Shown: in pieces, positions 9,730-18,377 of the stretch
How positions within the stretch are numbered: the stretch's first letter is position 1
Layout: the number at the start of each line of letters is the position of its first letter
Source of the DNA: an uncultured Bacteroidales bacterium
Lineage (GTDB): Bacteria; Bacteroidota; Bacteroidia; Bacteroidales; UBA932
Direction of reading: 5' to 3'
DNA length: 64,000 bases
NCBI GenBank assembly: GCA_905234285.1
Contig: CAJOHK010000001.1
Span: forward strand, 5,375-69,374
Position numbers and translations under genes: made by a program
The notes under the pieces: model-generated
What the model saw: only the letters and a program-made list of their open reading frames with translations
Database searches by the model: none
Told to the model about the DNA's origin: nothing

Positions 9730-10575
9730 ATGAAGGACATTCAGCAAGAAATAACGCCGGTCGAGAGCGACGATCTTTTTGTGGTGCTGGACCACCGGGA
9801 TGCCAAGTTTGACTACCCCATCCACTGCCATGCCGAGTATGAGATTAATCTGGTATTGCACTCGGTTGGCAAGCACATCATCAGCACCCGCGAGGAGCCG
9901 TTTTCCGAGGTGGATCTGGTGATTATCGCCCCTTTTGTGCCCCATGTCTGGAAGGGGCAGGAAGAGGGCAACCGCGTTATTACAGTGCAGTTTTCGGGCA
10001 AAATGCAGGACTTTCCCATGCTCCAGCTGCGGCAGTTCCGCAGCATCGAGGGCTTCCTCAGGCGTGCCGTCCCCGCTGCAAAATTTCATCTTTCCCAGGA
10101 TGATCCCCTGATAGACGAAGTGCTGGCCCTGGCCGGGGCGCGGGACTTTGAGGCCACGCTCGATTTCCTCCGGCTCCTTAATTCCATGTCTGAGCGGGGG
10201 TTCACCATTCTGGGCGACTGGGATACCCAGATGCGGGCATCCCGCTCCCGCCGCGTAGCCAAGGTCATCGAGTATTCAAAAAAACATCTGGGAGAAACCA
10301 TTCGCCTCTCCGACGTTTCCTCGCTCGTAGGCATGTCCGACTCGGCCTTTTCCCACTTCTTTAAGAAGCACACCAACCTATCCTACGTCAATTACCTAAA
10401 CGGCCTGCGCATCTCCCAGGCCTGCCGCGAGCTGGAATCCACCGCCATGAGCGTGAGCGAGATTTGCTGGAACTGCGGTTTCAACAACAAATCCAATTTC
10501 AACAGGCTGTTTTTGCAGGCCAAAGGCATGACCCCCACCGACTACCGCAAGTACATCTCCAGGATCCTGGTGTAG
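9730..10575 (+). CDS. AraC family transcriptional regulator (cupin + HTH)
   Basis: PIHCHAEYEI cupin motif; C-terminal SEICWNCGFNNKSNFNRLF...GMTPTDYR. Confidence 0.93.
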   Translation: MKDIQQEITPVESDDLFVVLDHRDAKFDYPIHCHAEYEINLVLHSVGKHIISTREEPFSEVDLVIIAPFVPHVWKGQEEGNRVITVQFSGKMQDFPMLQLRQFRSIEGFLRRAVPAAKFHLSQDDPLIDEVLALAGARDFEATLDFLRLLNSMSERGFTILGDWDTQMRASRSRRVAKVIEYSKKHLGETIRLSDVSSLVGMSDSAFSHFFKKHTNLSYVNYLNGLRISQACRELESTAMSVSEICWNCGFNNKSNFNRLFLQAKGMTPTDYRKYISRILV

Positions 10576-10595
10576 ACTAGGAGGCGCAGCGCTAT

Positions 10596-10694
10596 TCACC
10601 TAACCAATTGATTCACAGCCACTTGCTAATATTCAGTCCGGCTTTTTGCCGGACTGAATTTCTGGAACTCATTAATACTGAGCAATTTAGGTGG
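10596..10694. repeat. Box-hairpin-box element, family A copy 1
   Basis: ATTCAGTCCGGC-N4-GCCGGACTGAAT core; 25-bp boxes start at 10601 and 10665; TCACCTAA/TTAGGTG ends. Confidence 0.85.
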
Positions 10695-10723
10695 TTCATA
10701 GGCAAGTCTGCTCACACGGTTTT

Positions 10724-10835
10724 TGGGCCAGGTCTGTTTTTAGGGCGGGGACTTAGCCCATCGAATCGGCCTCCAAGGGCCTTGTAAAGCAAAATCAATG
10801 GGACAAGTTCCGGGCCTAGAATTAGACCTGGCCCA
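10724..10835. repeat. Long imperfect inverted repeat (~110 bp)
   Basis: tgggccaggtct...ggacttagcccat pairs with atgggacaagttcc...agacctggccca. Confidence 0.7.
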
Positions 10836-10887
10836 TCGGGGCTGGGAACCAAGCTTTATTATTGGGGAAAATTGTATCTTTGTGACT

Positions 10888-11508
10888 ATGAAAAGGATGC
10901 CGGAATTGTTACCTTTTTTAGAGCCGGGCCGATTGGAGGCCGGGTGTGACGAGGCGGGCCGCGGGCCGCTGGCGGGGCCGGTGTATGCCGCCGCCGTGAT
11001 TTTGCCGCCCGACTTTCACCATCCCCTGCTCAACGATTCCAAGCAAATGACCGAGCGCGCCCGCGAGGAACTTCGGCCCATCATCGAGGCCGAAGCAGTG
11101 GCCTGGGCCGTAGAGGCAGTTTCGGCTGAGGAGATTGACCAGCTCAACATCCTTTGGGCCTCCGTGACGGGTATGCAACGGGCTGTGCTCCGGCTCTCCC
11201 CCGCACCGGAGTTCCTGCTCATCGACGGCAACAAGTTTCGGCCTTTTGACCGATATGGTTTCAAAGATTATAAGACGGTTGTGCACGGGGATGCCACCTA
11301 CTCCAGCATTGCCGCCGCCAGCGTCCTGGCCAAAACCTACAGGGACGAGTACATGCGCCAGCTTTCCAAGGAATACCCCGAGTACGGCTGGGACCGCAAC
11401 ATGGGCTACCCCACCCCCGAGCACATCGAAGCCATCCGCCTCCACGGCCTCACACCCTGGCACCGCAAGTCCTTCCACGTAAAGGAGCTGGAGCCCTCGC
11501 TGTTCTGA
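10888..11508 (+). CDS. rnhB: Ribonuclease HII
   Basis: AGCDEAGRGPLAGPVYAAAV, LNDSK, LLIDGN, GDA...IAAASVLAK and HRKSF motifs. A -7 box TATCTTTG at 10875-10882 supports the 10888 (or 10897) start rather than 10798. Confidence 0.95.
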   Translation: MKRMPELLPFLEPGRLEAGCDEAGRGPLAGPVYAAAVILPPDFHHPLLNDSKQMTERAREELRPIIEAEAVAWAVEAVSAEEIDQLNILWASVTGMQRAVLRLSPAPEFLLIDGNKFRPFDRYGFKDYKTVVHGDATYSSIAAASVLAKTYRDEYMRQLSKEYPEYGWDRNMGYPTPEHIEAIRLHGLTPWHRKSFHVKELEPSLF

Positions 11509-11527
11509 GCGCCTTCCCTTTTTTGCC

Positions 11528-11633
11528 CGTGGAGGCAACTATCTGACCATTAGAAAGTTAACGTTCTACCCCCAGGCAAAAACGCCCGGGGATAAATGCA
11601 CAAACACCTCATTATCAACACCTTATTTCCACG
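11528..11633. repeat. Box-hairpin-box element, family B copy 1
   Basis: CGTGGA/TCCACG ends; TACCCCCAGGC...GCCCGGGGATA core; boxes at 11536 and 11601. Confidence 0.75.
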
Positions 11634-11749
11634 ACCCAAACTCAGCCCAAATAAAAAGCCCAAAAAGTTTCATATATATTAAACTTTTCACGCCTGAGGC
11701 AAGGAGGAAGGGATGGCAGCCACTTTTGACAACCCGCGCATTATGGGTA

Positions 11750-11848
11750 ACACTTAACTAATTGTGGTACAGGCAGTTACAGAAATTCAGTCCGGCAAAT
11801 AGCCGGACTGAATATTAGCAAGAAGCTGATTATCAGATGCTTAAGTGA
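11750..11848. repeat. Box-hairpin-box element, family A copy 2
   Basis: ATTCAGTCCGGCAAATAGCCGGACTGAAT core; boxes at 11755 and 11819. Confidence 0.85.
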
Positions 11849-11859
11849 ACGCACGCCAG

Positions 11860-13929
11860 CTACAAGTTCGTGAACTTGACCTTATGGAGGAGGGAGAAGT
11901 GCTCGTCGCCGCAGTCCTCACCAATCCAGATGCAGCCGTTCTTCTTGTCCACACAGATAGCCTCGGGGTTCCAGTCGGCAAAGTCGCCGATGTAGTACTT
12001 GGCCAGCAGTTTCTCTCCCAGGCCCTTGAACAGGTAAATGGTGTAGGGATCGTACTGAGGCTTATCCTTATTGGAGTTGGAATCAATCACCCACAGCCAG
12101 TCCTTCTCCTCGTCGTAGCACAGGTCGGCCACCTCGGAGATGGTGGGTGCCGTGTCGCGCAGGCTCATCTTGGAGACCAGCGTGCCGTCCAGCTTGTAGC
12201 GGAACAGCTTGGCACCAGACTGGGTGCCGAAGAGGAGGTCGCCCTTGTACCAGGCAATACCCTCCACGCCGGAGTTGCCCATGCTGGACACACCTTCTAC
12301 CGTCCAGCCGAGGCTGGTCTTGGAGGTGTACGGAGGCTTCACCACATAACCAGAGTTAGTATCGTCCTCCAGGCCGATATACATGGTTCCCGTAGAGTAA
12401 TCCATGGTGAGGCCTTCCATCTCGGCGCTCTTGTCCCAATGCAGCTTGAACGTGCCGTCGAAGTTAATCTGGTACAGGCCGCCGTTGTCGTCGCAGCCCC
12501 ACAGGAAGTCGCCGTCCATGCTCAGGCACAGGCCGGAGAGCTCGGGCACCCAGGATTGACCGTCGGAGCTCTGCAGCTTCTTGGTGAATTCTACCTTGCC
12601 CATGACCGGAAGCACCACCGCAGGCTCGTCGGGTTCATCGGGATTCACCGGCTCGTCCTGAGGATCCTCGCCGTTCATGAGGGCACGCAGGGCCTTGCGC
12701 AGGGTGCCTTTCTTATTGTCCTCGCGGAGCTCCCAGGCAAAAGCGCCCAGCATACCCTTCTCCTTAAGCCATTTCACGCGGTAGCCGATGGACTCCACAT
12801 CCTCGTAGCTGGCGTACATCTTGCCGAATTTGTCGCCCAGATACACGCTCTTGCTTTCCTCGTCCCACCAGCGATAGTTGTAATTGGCGACGCTCTTGCC
12901 ATTCACCGTGCCGCTCTTCAGGGCCTCCATAGCATCCTCGTAGGACACGGAGGACGAATACGGGCTGGTTCCGTGGCCATAGAAGCCGATACCGTAGTTC
13001 ATGCGGTTGTAGGGCACGCCCTGCCGATGGAAGATTTCGATGCAGTCGGCGCCACCGCGGTTGTTGTCGGGCCAGCGGCTGGTGGTGAACAGCGGGGAGT
13101 TGTGACGGGTAGGCGGGTCGCCCATGGAGTAGGTCATCACGTTAATGTAGTCTACCCATTCCAGCACCTCGCGGTTGTTGATATAACGGCCTTCGTCGTT
13201 GGCGGCATAGGAGATGAGCTTGTCCGGGCCGAGGGCCTCTCGCAGGTCCCTGACCAGCCGGGTGAAGTTCTCGGTATCCATGGGGTCGGCGCCGTTGTAG
13301 TAGATGGAGCCGTCGTCCAGATAGGTCTTGGCCTTATAGGTGGGATACTCCCAGTCCAGGTCTACGCCGTCCAGGTTGTACTCGTCGCAGATACGTACGC
13401 ACTCGCTGCAGAAGAGGGCGCGCTTGGTGTCGTCCTTGGCCATCTCGGAGAAGCCGTCGGCATTCTTACCCCAACCGCCGATGAACAGCAGCACCTTGAG
13501 CTCGGGGTAGCTGGCCTTGTAGGCCACAATCCGGCGCAGGTAGTCGGGACCCGGGGCCTTGATTTCCAGGCCACCGTCGCCGGTCTTGGGGTTCACAAAG
13601 CGGGCATGGCCCACATTGATGTGGGTGAAGCACTTGATGTCCTCCAGCGTGGGGAAATGGTCCTCCGGGGTGTACTCGGTGAAGTACACGGCCACGATGG
13701 GAGTGATGCCCAGCCTGTCTACAATGACGGGATCAATGGGATCGTCCGGAGTGTCGGGGTCCACGGGCTCATCCGGGGTATCGGAATCCCAAGGATTGGG
13801 AATGATGGTCTTGGAGTCGGGCTTGGAAGGAGCCGGCACCAGCGGGTCGGCCTCCTTTTGCGTGCAGCCGCACACCCACAATCCCGCCACCACGGCCAGG
13901 ATAATGCAGAAAAACTGATTCGTTTTCAT
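11860..13929 (-). CDS. GH18 chitinase-like lipoprotein with a C-terminal beta-propeller (SdiA-regulated/esterase-like) domain
   Basis: Lipobox VCGC; P/D-rich linker; IGGWG and LDGVDLDWEYP (intact DxxDxDxE). C-terminal ELSGL.../EMEGL.../GVEGI.../NPEAI propeller-type repeats. Confidence 0.85.
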   Translation of the reverse strand: MKTNQFFCIILAVVAGLWVCGCTQKEADPLVPAPSKPDSKTIIPNPWDSDTPDEPVDPDTPDDPIDPVIVDRLGITPIVAVYFTEYTPEDHFPTLEDIKCFTHINVGHARFVNPKTGDGGLEIKAPGPDYLRRIVAYKASYPELKVLLFIGGWGKNADGFSEMAKDDTKRALFCSECVRICDEYNLDGVDLDWEYPTYKAKTYLDDGSIYYNGADPMDTENFTRLVRDLREALGPDKLISYAANDEGRYINNREVLEWVDYINVMTYSMGDPPTRHNSPLFTTSRWPDNNRGGADCIEIFHRQGVPYNRMNYGIGFYGHGTSPYSSSVSYEDAMEALKSGTVNGKSVANYNYRWWDEESKSVYLGDKFGKMYASYEDVESIGYRVKWLKEKGMLGAFAWELREDNKKGTLRKALRALMNGEDPQDEPVNPDEPDEPAVVLPVMGKVEFTKKLQSSDGQSWVPELSGLCLSMDGDFLWGCDDNGGLYQINFDGTFKLHWDKSAEMEGLTMDYSTGTMYIGLEDDTNSGYVVKPPYTSKTSLGWTVEGVSSMGNSGVEGIAWYKGDLLFGTQSGAKLFRYKLDGTLVSKMSLRDTAPTISEVADLCYDEEKDWLWVIDSNSNKDKPQYDPYTIYLFKGLGEKLLAKYYIGDFADWNPEAICVDKKNGCIWIGEDCGDEHFSLLHKVKFTNL

Positions 13930-13948
13930 ATGGGTACTAGTTTTATTG

Positions 13949-13992
13949 TTCTTGGCACCCCCGGTCCGGGTCAGCGGGCCGAGGATGAAAAA
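13949..13992 (-). other. Conserved 44-nt hairpin downstream of an adhesin-like gene (copy 1)
   Basis: Near-identical to 16132-16175, with compensatory stem changes. Confidence 0.75.
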
Positions 13993-13994
13993 TG

Positions 13995-15923
13995 TTATTC
14001 TGCTACGCAGCGGACGAAGTATCCGCGACTCTTGGCGTGAGAATAGTTCGCAAAAGCAGGGCCGGCGTAAACATAAATATTATATCCATTATCGCCATCC
14101 GGATGTGCATTCCAAATTACCGTACGGAAAGTAGCTTTAAATGATCCACCATCACAATATCCAGAGCAAGGGAATACTGTCGCCGGGCTACCTAAAGTAA
14201 ACCAGTACTTTGTAGCATTGTAATCCCAACCTGCGGCAGAACTTAGCTTAGCCTTGAACAGTTGATTATCATTATCCTTGACTCGATTCGGCACTCTATA
14301 ACCAGCCGGACAAGGGTCATATATTGTTTTTGAAGCTTCGTCGCCCCATAGGGTTATATCAGATGAAGTTGTCCAACTACTACTACCTTTAGCAAACGTA
14401 TTAGGTTGTTTAATAGCATCCTCCACAGACAACTGAGTAGTTACAGCCGCTGGATTCGCCCCGGCAACTGCAGCAAATCCATAATATTCACCCTCAGTTT
14501 CTATACTTGACGGGCCCGGGAAAGGATCCTTACGTCCCCATTGATAAACCAACCCAACCGATGTGACATTTATCTTTGTCTCTGCGCTTGCAACAGCAAC
14601 ATCCAGTGCTCCAAGATTACGGTCACACATAGCTTTCCCAGCAGTATATATGCCATAATCAGAATAGGTCACAGTAGTCGCGGGCACCCAGATATGCCAG
14701 CTCCAGAGGATGGTCCCTCCGGCATTTTTGGCTGCAATCACGGCATTGCCAGCATGGAGCGTAGCAGGCATCTTGAAGCAAATCTCATAATACTCTTTAG
14801 CGTCCTGCTTGTCAAAATCCACAGCAGCTATCACGCTGTTTGCTGTCACCGATTCTGCATTGTTATAAGTTTCCCAAAGAACTTCTACAGAAGCAATAGT
14901 TCCAACATTGGTGGTACCATTTCCTTTATAAGCTTTAAACTTAAATACCTTGTTAGCATTGCCTGCCACACTACCATCAACGATATAGCAGTTCGCTGTT
15001 CCGGATTCGTCAAGAGCTGTCGCACCTGTAATAGCGGGATTTGTCGCATCATGATTTGAAGGGGCAACATAATTCTTCAGGGCCGATGTAACATCCCCAA
15101 GCGGTAAAAGCTTTCCATATGCCACATTACGGGCACTGCTTGTTGAAAGGGTTTTTACAATTTCACCACCCTTCAAGAATTTCATATTAAATCCACCGGT
15201 GAAATTAGTCCCGTAAGGAAGACCTATATAGTTAACCGTGGTTCCATCAGCTATAACGGAGCCACTAATCGATGTGAGCGGGCTGGGCTCTCCCGATCCA
15301 TTACCCGGCTTCCAATAATTGCAATATGGTCCAGCTCCATCGTCACGGACGCGCACCTGATACACATCATATCCTACAGTTTCTCCATTATTACCAGCAA
15401 ACACATAGGAATCAAAATCACCGCTTACACGGAATGAAATAACGCCAGCTACATTGTAAAATACGAAGGTGTCACCAACATTACATGCAGCCATCAATCT
15501 TTCGTTTGTATTGTTAAAACGACATTCGTAATATAAATTCCCTGAAGGAACACAACTTGCTGGATACTGGGCATAATAAGTACTAACAACATCCGGTGTA
15601 CGATCATAAGGGTCCAAACCTTCAACTGTAATAGTAGCTTTTTTACCATCCGCACTGATATTTTCAGCCGCTAAGGTTATCTCCTTTCGGTCTGCGCCAT
15701 CAGTGCCACCATGGAGCATAATCTTATCGCCAACTTCCCAGGTAGCTTTTCCTACATCAGTAATAGCAACCTTTGAATCCGGATCGTCCGAAGCAATTAC
15801 ACAAGTGAAAGTGCGAGATAACGGTTTTCTTTCATTTGACTCTTCGTTAACAGCCTTCTTACAAGAGAGGACCGCCAATGCGCCCATGAGGGCGAGAGAT
15901 GCATATTTTAGAATATTTTTCAT
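13995..15923 (-). CDS. Fimbrillin/adhesin-like lipoprotein with a C-terminal Fib_succ-like domain (paralog 1, low GC)
   Basis: MKNILKYASLALMGALAVLSC lipobox (ATG 15923); TANCYIV, LWSWHIW, RNLGA, YQWGRKDPF, YDPCP.GY and terminal VRCV motifs. Confidence 0.8.
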   Translation of the reverse strand: MKNILKYASLALMGALAVLSCKKAVNEESNERKPLSRTFTCVIASDDPDSKVAITDVGKATWEVGDKIMLHGGTDGADRKEITLAAENISADGKKATITVEGLDPYDRTPDVVSTYYAQYPASCVPSGNLYYECRFNNTNERLMAACNVGDTFVFYNVAGVISFRVSGDFDSYVFAGNNGETVGYDVYQVRVRDDGAGPYCNYWKPGNGSGEPSPLTSISGSVIADGTTVNYIGLPYGTNFTGGFNMKFLKGGEIVKTLSTSSARNVAYGKLLPLGDVTSALKNYVAPSNHDATNPAITGATALDESGTANCYIVDGSVAGNANKVFKFKAYKGNGTTNVGTIASVEVLWETYNNAESVTANSVIAAVDFDKQDAKEYYEICFKMPATLHAGNAVIAAKNAGGTILWSWHIWVPATTVTYSDYGIYTAGKAMCDRNLGALDVAVASAETKINVTSVGLVYQWGRKDPFPGPSSIETEGEYYGFAAVAGANPAAVTTQLSVEDAIKQPNTFAKGSSSWTTSSDITLWGDEASKTIYDPCPAGYRVPNRVKDNDNQLFKAKLSSAAGWDYNATKYWFTLGSPATVFPCSGYCDGGSFKATFRTVIWNAHPDGDNGYNIYVYAGPAFANYSHAKSRGYFVRCVAE

Positions 15924-15939
15924 CTTCGTGTCCTCCATG

Positions 15940-16104
15940 TTAGAATAGATTAGGTATATCACCTATAAATAATGGCGAATCAAACGTAGGCGGCTCCAGT
16001 GGTTCGTAGTCGCTAATTCCCGATGCCGCCTGGCACACGGGCTCGGCGTAGTTCAGCTCCAGGAGTTCGGAGCTGGGCCGAGAATAAAGTTCTTTTTTCT
16101 TCAT
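15940..16104 (-). CDS. 54-aa small peptide MKKKELYSRPSSELLELNYAEPVCQAASG...
   Basis: Below the ORF-track cutoff; read by hand. AT-rich leader (AATAACATG), fills the intergenic gap exactly, same strand as neighbours. Confidence 0.7.
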   Translation of the reverse strand: MKKKELYSRPSSELLELNYAEPVCQAASGISDYEPLEPPTFDSPLFIGDIPNLF

Positions 16105-16131
16105 GTTATTAGTTTTTAATAGTTAGTAGTA

Positions 16132-16175
16132 TTCTTGGCACCCCGGGGCGGGGTCAGCCGCCCCAGGATGAAAAT
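16132..16175 (-). other. Conserved 44-nt hairpin downstream of an adhesin-like gene (copy 2)
   Basis: ATTTTCATCCT-GGGGCGG-CTGACC-CCGCCCC-GGGGTGCCAAGAA. Confidence 0.75.
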
Positions 16176-16181
16176 CAGTGC

Positions 16182-18356
16182 TTATTCAGCATTTGCCACT
16201 GTTACGCAGCGGACAGAACCACCGCGGCTGCGGACATTACCTTGGTTACGGAAGGCCACGCTGCCATCGGTAAGATCGCCAAAGAAGCCATAGCCATTAG
16301 CAGTACCGCTGTCCCAACGGCCAGTCCAAATGATGGTACGGATACCGGCCTTCTTCTGGCCCTCGCCGCCATCGTCAATGTAACCGGCAACGGGGAATAC
16401 CAGGCTACCCACAGAGAAACTGTGATTAGCAGCATTCAGGACGAACGGGCCCGTGCTCTCTGTCCATTTGGTACCGGCCCACATGGCACAAGACTTATTA
16501 CGCTTAGCCAAAACATAGCCCACCGGGCACGGGTCGTAAACCGTCTTGGATTCTTCGCCCCAGAGCTCGCTCACAGAAGAATCCTCAGTCATGGACTTGG
16601 GAAGCCAGCAACCATTTGACACATAATAGTAAACGGTAGGATTGGCAATCGCATTCTCTACGGAACCAGGGCCTTCCTGCTGGGTCATGGCCGTTCCGGC
16701 AACCGAAATGGGCGTAGTGGGAGATTCGAGGGAACCCAGGCCCGGGAACGGATCCTTGCGGCCCCACTGGTACAGCAGGCCGAAGGACTCTACGGGTGCA
16801 TCGGCATCGGCAGGGGTGTCAATCAAGGCGCCCAGGTTGCGGCTCATCACCTTCTTGGTAGCCGAGAAATTCGCTTCAACCACATCGGTAATAGCCGTCT
16901 TGGGAATCCAAATGTGCCAGCTCCAGAGGATGTCGCCGTCAGCATTCTTCACAGCGATGAGGGCATTACCGGGCTTGAGGGTCTCGGGCGTAGTGAACTC
17001 TACAAAGCCGTCGGCATAGCTCACGCTGGCAATGACGCTGTTGACCGTTACTTCCTCCTGGGTGTTCCAGGTTTCCCACAGCAGAACGGCAGAATCGGCG
17101 CCTTCCAGGGCCTCGGAGGTGTTACCCTTCACGGCAGCGAACTTGTACCAGCCGGCCTCGTTAACGATGTAGCTGTTGGCCGTGCCGTTTGCGCTCAGAT
17201 TGGTAGCCTTGGGCGTACCGGCCTGCTGGGCAATGACGATGGTCATGATGAGTTCCTCGGTGCCCTGGCGGAAGAGGTTCACGCCACCCGTACGGACGGT
17301 AGCCTTGGGATTCTCGGCAATAGTAAGAACGATGGTGGCCTTCTTGGCCTTAGTCTCTACGTACGTGATCCAGCTGTCGCCCGACACCACGTCAAAGTCC
17401 AGGTTGGAAACCACGGGGACCTCCAGAGAACCGCCACCGGCCTCGGCCACAAAGTCAATGTCTGAGCTGTAAGGAACATAGTCAGGCTTGAATACCTCGC
17501 CCTCGAAGTGCAGCTTCACAATGGAAGTGAGCCCGGTCTTGGAGTCGGCATACAGGAGAATGTCGCCGAAGCTGCTCTTGGAAGCAGGGGTAACAATAAT
17601 CTTGTCTTCCTGTACCTCTACCTCGAAGTCATTGCCGCAGTAGGCGTCCACCACGGTCTGAGGGGTCTTGTTCTTTACCTCGTAAGCCACCTCGATGGGG
17701 TCGGTGGAGGTAACGGCATAGTCGGTCTTGGCCACAACCAGCTTGAAGGCCAGCGTCAGGGGCAGGGTAATGGTGGTGTCGTCCAGGAGAATCTCGATGT
17801 TCTCCTCGCCCACGGTGATGCCCTTGATGATACCATCCTGGATGGCACCGCCCTGGCCGTCTTCACCCTTGTCGCCCTTCTCGCCTTTCACCAGGCCCAG
17901 GTCGGTCTTCTCGCCATCGACCTCGACCCACAGATGGCCTTCCTCGTCGATGGAGAATTCAGGATACTGGTACACGGTGACATCCTTGCCATTCTGCTGG
18001 ATAATGACACCGTCAATAGCCCAGCAAAGCTCGCCGGCGCCATTGAGCATTACGGAGATCACGGGACCGGCCTCGGGATCTACGTTGCCGATGTTAAGGG
18101 TTACCACTTCGCCGGTGGTGTAGGTAACGGTAATGCCCGTCACGTTACCGGCCGCGTCGGTGATTTCCTGCACCTTCTGGACGAATTTGCCCTCGCCCAC
18201 GGCGCTCTGGATACCGCGGATGGAAGATTCCAAGGTAGAAACGCGCTGCTCCAGATTGGCCAGCTTCTCCCATACGGCACTGTCATCATAGGCCTGCTGC
18301 TTGGCGCAACCTGCGAGCAGAAGGACCATGCCCAAAATCGTTAAAGTCTTTTTCAT
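16182..18356 (-). CDS. Lipoprotein with DUF4988-like coiled N-terminus, short collagen-like stretch, BACON and Fib_succ-like C-terminal domain (paralog 2)
   Basis: LAGC lipobox; LEQRVSTLE coil; GEKGDKGEDGQG; V.SNLDF...SWI...EN...RTG (BACON); same C-terminal motifs as paralog 1. Confidence 0.8.
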   Translation of the reverse strand: MKKTLTILGMVLLLAGCAKQQAYDDSAVWEKLANLEQRVSTLESSIRGIQSAVGEGKFVQKVQEITDAAGNVTGITVTYTTGEVVTLNIGNVDPEAGPVISVMLNGAGELCWAIDGVIIQQNGKDVTVYQYPEFSIDEEGHLWVEVDGEKTDLGLVKGEKGDKGEDGQGGAIQDGIIKGITVGEENIEILLDDTTITLPLTLAFKLVVAKTDYAVTSTDPIEVAYEVKNKTPQTVVDAYCGNDFEVEVQEDKIIVTPASKSSFGDILLYADSKTGLTSIVKLHFEGEVFKPDYVPYSSDIDFVAEAGGGSLEVPVVSNLDFDVVSGDSWITYVETKAKKATIVLTIAENPKATVRTGGVNLFRQGTEELIMTIVIAQQAGTPKATNLSANGTANSYIVNEAGWYKFAAVKGNTSEALEGADSAVLLWETWNTQEEVTVNSVIASVSYADGFVEFTTPETLKPGNALIAVKNADGDILWSWHIWIPKTAITDVVEANFSATKKVMSRNLGALIDTPADADAPVESFGLLYQWGRKDPFPGLGSLESPTTPISVAGTAMTQQEGPGSVENAIANPTVYYYVSNGCWLPKSMTEDSSVSELWGEESKTVYDPCPVGYVLAKRNKSCAMWAGTKWTESTGPFVLNAANHSFSVGSLVFPVAGYIDDGGEGQKKAGIRTIIWTGRWDSGTANGYGFFGDLTDGSVAFRNQGNVRSRGGSVRCVTVANAE

Positions 18357-18377
18357 ATGGTTATTGTTTATTCGTTA

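Noticed and set aside
10596-10694. Reading the family A-D hairpins as simple intrinsic terminators or as integron attC sites
   Set aside because: They lack consistent U-tracts, one copy lies between divergent genes (59790), and there is no integron integrase or consistent RYYYAAC/GTTRRRY ends.
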